From Candidatus Fervidifonticultor quintus (lineage in GTDB: Bacteria; Sysuimicrobiota; Sysuimicrobiia; Sysuimicrobiales; Humicultoraceae), in assembly GCA_031459535.1 (NCBI GenBank), contig JAVKIJ010000024.1:1-36898 (forward strand): a stretch of DNA of 36,898 nt, given 5' to 3'. The position numbers were made by a program, and so were the translations under genes. Below, piece after piece: positions 35,871-36,898 of the stretch. Numbering within the stretch: the stretch's first letter is position 1; each line of letters opens with the position of its first letter. The notes beneath the pieces were generated by a model. It made no database searches and was not told where the DNA came from. It was given only the letters and a program-made list of their open reading frames with translations.

Positions 35871-36422
35871 CTACGCCACGCTCTCGACGTCTGTGGCGTC
35901 CATCTCCACCGGCGTGGGGTGGCCCAACAACTCCAACAGCACCCGCACCCGGTGGCCCCGCGCCGCCGGCCGCTCGAGGATGCCCACCAGCCCCTCGAAC
36001 GGCCCTCGAGCGACGCGGACCCTCTCGCCGGGCCGGAACTCCGGTGCCCAGCGCACGATCTCACCCTCACCGCACCGGTCCCGGAGCAGGCGCATGGCCT
36101 CCGGCGGGACCGGGATGGGCATGTCGTCAGTTCCGAGGATGCGTCTCACGCCCGGAGCCCACTTGACCGCGTGCCAGGACTCCGGCTCCAGGGTCATGTG
36201 GACGAACACATATGAGGGGAAGAGCGGTTCGACGACGACGACGCGGCGCGGACCCCGCCGGCGCAGCGCCTCCACCTTCGGCAGGAAGATGGGCAGGCCG
36301 GCCCTGGTACGGATCCAGCAGAGGACCCGCTCCTCACGCCTCGGTTTCGTCTGGACCGCATACCATGCCGGTTCCAGGCCCGATGCGGCCGCCGGATGCC
36401 GCGCCGCCGCGTCGATCATCAC
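35871..36422 (-). CDS. NusG paralog (RfaH/UpxY/LoaP-like) transcription antiterminator
   Basis: WYAVQTKPRRE, PLFPSYVFV, PGV, and KOW motif PGERVRVARGPFEGL. GGAGGGG RBS. Confidence 0.93.
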   Translation of the reverse strand: MMIDAAARHPAAASGLEPAWYAVQTKPRREERVLCWIRTRAGLPIFLPKVEALRRRGPRRVVVVEPLFPSYVFVHMTLEPESWHAVKWAPGVRRILGTDDMPIPVPPEAMRLLRDRCGEGEIVRWAPEFRPGERVRVARGPFEGLVGILERPAARGHRVRVLLELLGHPTPVEMDATDVESVA

Positions 36423-36443
36423 GAGCTGCGTCCCCTCCCCTCC

Positions 36444-36898
36444 CTACAGCACTCCCGCCAGCGGCGCATGCTCCCGGGTCGGCACCCGGTTCAGGACCGT
36501 CCCCAGCACATGGGCACCGATCCGGCTCAGCAGGCGACCCGTCTCCTGCTGATCGCGCCGCCCCGAGCGGTGAGGCGATACCACGACCAGCACACCGTCC
36601 ACGCACTTGCTCAGGTGCAGCGCATCAGGATGCCGGAGCACCGGCGGGGCATCAACGACGATGAGTTCGAAGCGCCCCCGCAGGGCGGCAAACGCCTGGT
36701 TCAGTCGCTGGGGCGCCAGCAGGAACTGGATCGGCATCTGTACCTTGCCTGCCGGGATGAGAGTCAGTCCTGGGGTGCCGGTCTCCCGCAGCGCGTGGCT
36801 CCAGTCGGCCTGACCGGCCAGCACATCGGCGAGCCCCGGGCTGGCCGGCACTTTGAACGCCTTGTGGAGCTCAGGCTGCCGCAGGTTGCCGTCGACGA
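36444..36898 (-). CDS. Wzc/CpsD/CapB-type tyrosine kinase domain, C-terminal part (5' truncated by window)
   Basis: Frame open to the window edge: VDGNLRQP (Walker A'), PGLADVL, IVVDAPP (Walker B), DGVLVV, LGTVLN. Confidence 0.88.
   Translation of the reverse strand, partial: VDGNLRQPELHKAFKVPASPGLADVLAGQADWSHALRETGTPGLTLIPAGKVQMPIQFLLAPQRLNQAFAALRGRFELIVVDAPPVLRHPDALHLSKCVDGVLVVVSPHRSGRRDQQETGRLLSRIGAHVLGTVLNRVPTREHAPLAGVL

Noticed and set aside
1-36898. CRISPR arrays, tRNA/rRNA genes, tandem repeats
   Set aside because: None seen by eye. The window is almost fully coding with short gaps.

Overview
A GC-rich bacterial window filled almost entirely by one co-oriented (minus-strand), tightly coupled cell-surface polysaccharide locus of about 32 genes. 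Both ends run out of the window. In transcription order: a partial Wzc/CpsD-type tyrosine kinase; a NusG-paralog antiterminator followed by a structured intergenic leader; WbpA-like dehydrogenase; GT4 x2; GNAT; a Wzy/ligase-like membrane protein; Gfo/Idh/MocA + SDR pair; rfbF; rfbC-like; GT2; GT8-like; UXS-like SDR; Ugd-like; SAF oxidoreductase; a GMC two-subunit pair; a carbamoylation module resembling sxtI/J/K/L (SGNH protein, a 56-aa microprotein absent from the ORF track, an interposed GT4, SxtJ-like protein, carbamoyltransferase); a degenerate AsnB-like protein; a second Gfo + SDR pair; Wzm/Wzt; GT4; a methyltransferase remnant; GT2; methyltransferase; polysaccharide deacetylase; a membrane protein; GT4; and the left end of an IS481-family element. 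The most interesting signal is the microprotein ending in FIYTLF. This matches the tyrosine acyl-shuttle motif of DltX/MBOAT systems, but here it sits with an SGNH protein and a carbamoyltransferase and no MBOAT, suggesting a relay for glycan O-carbamoylation (hypothesis). All family calls come from motif recognition by eye, not database searches. Taxonomy cannot be assigned from this window.
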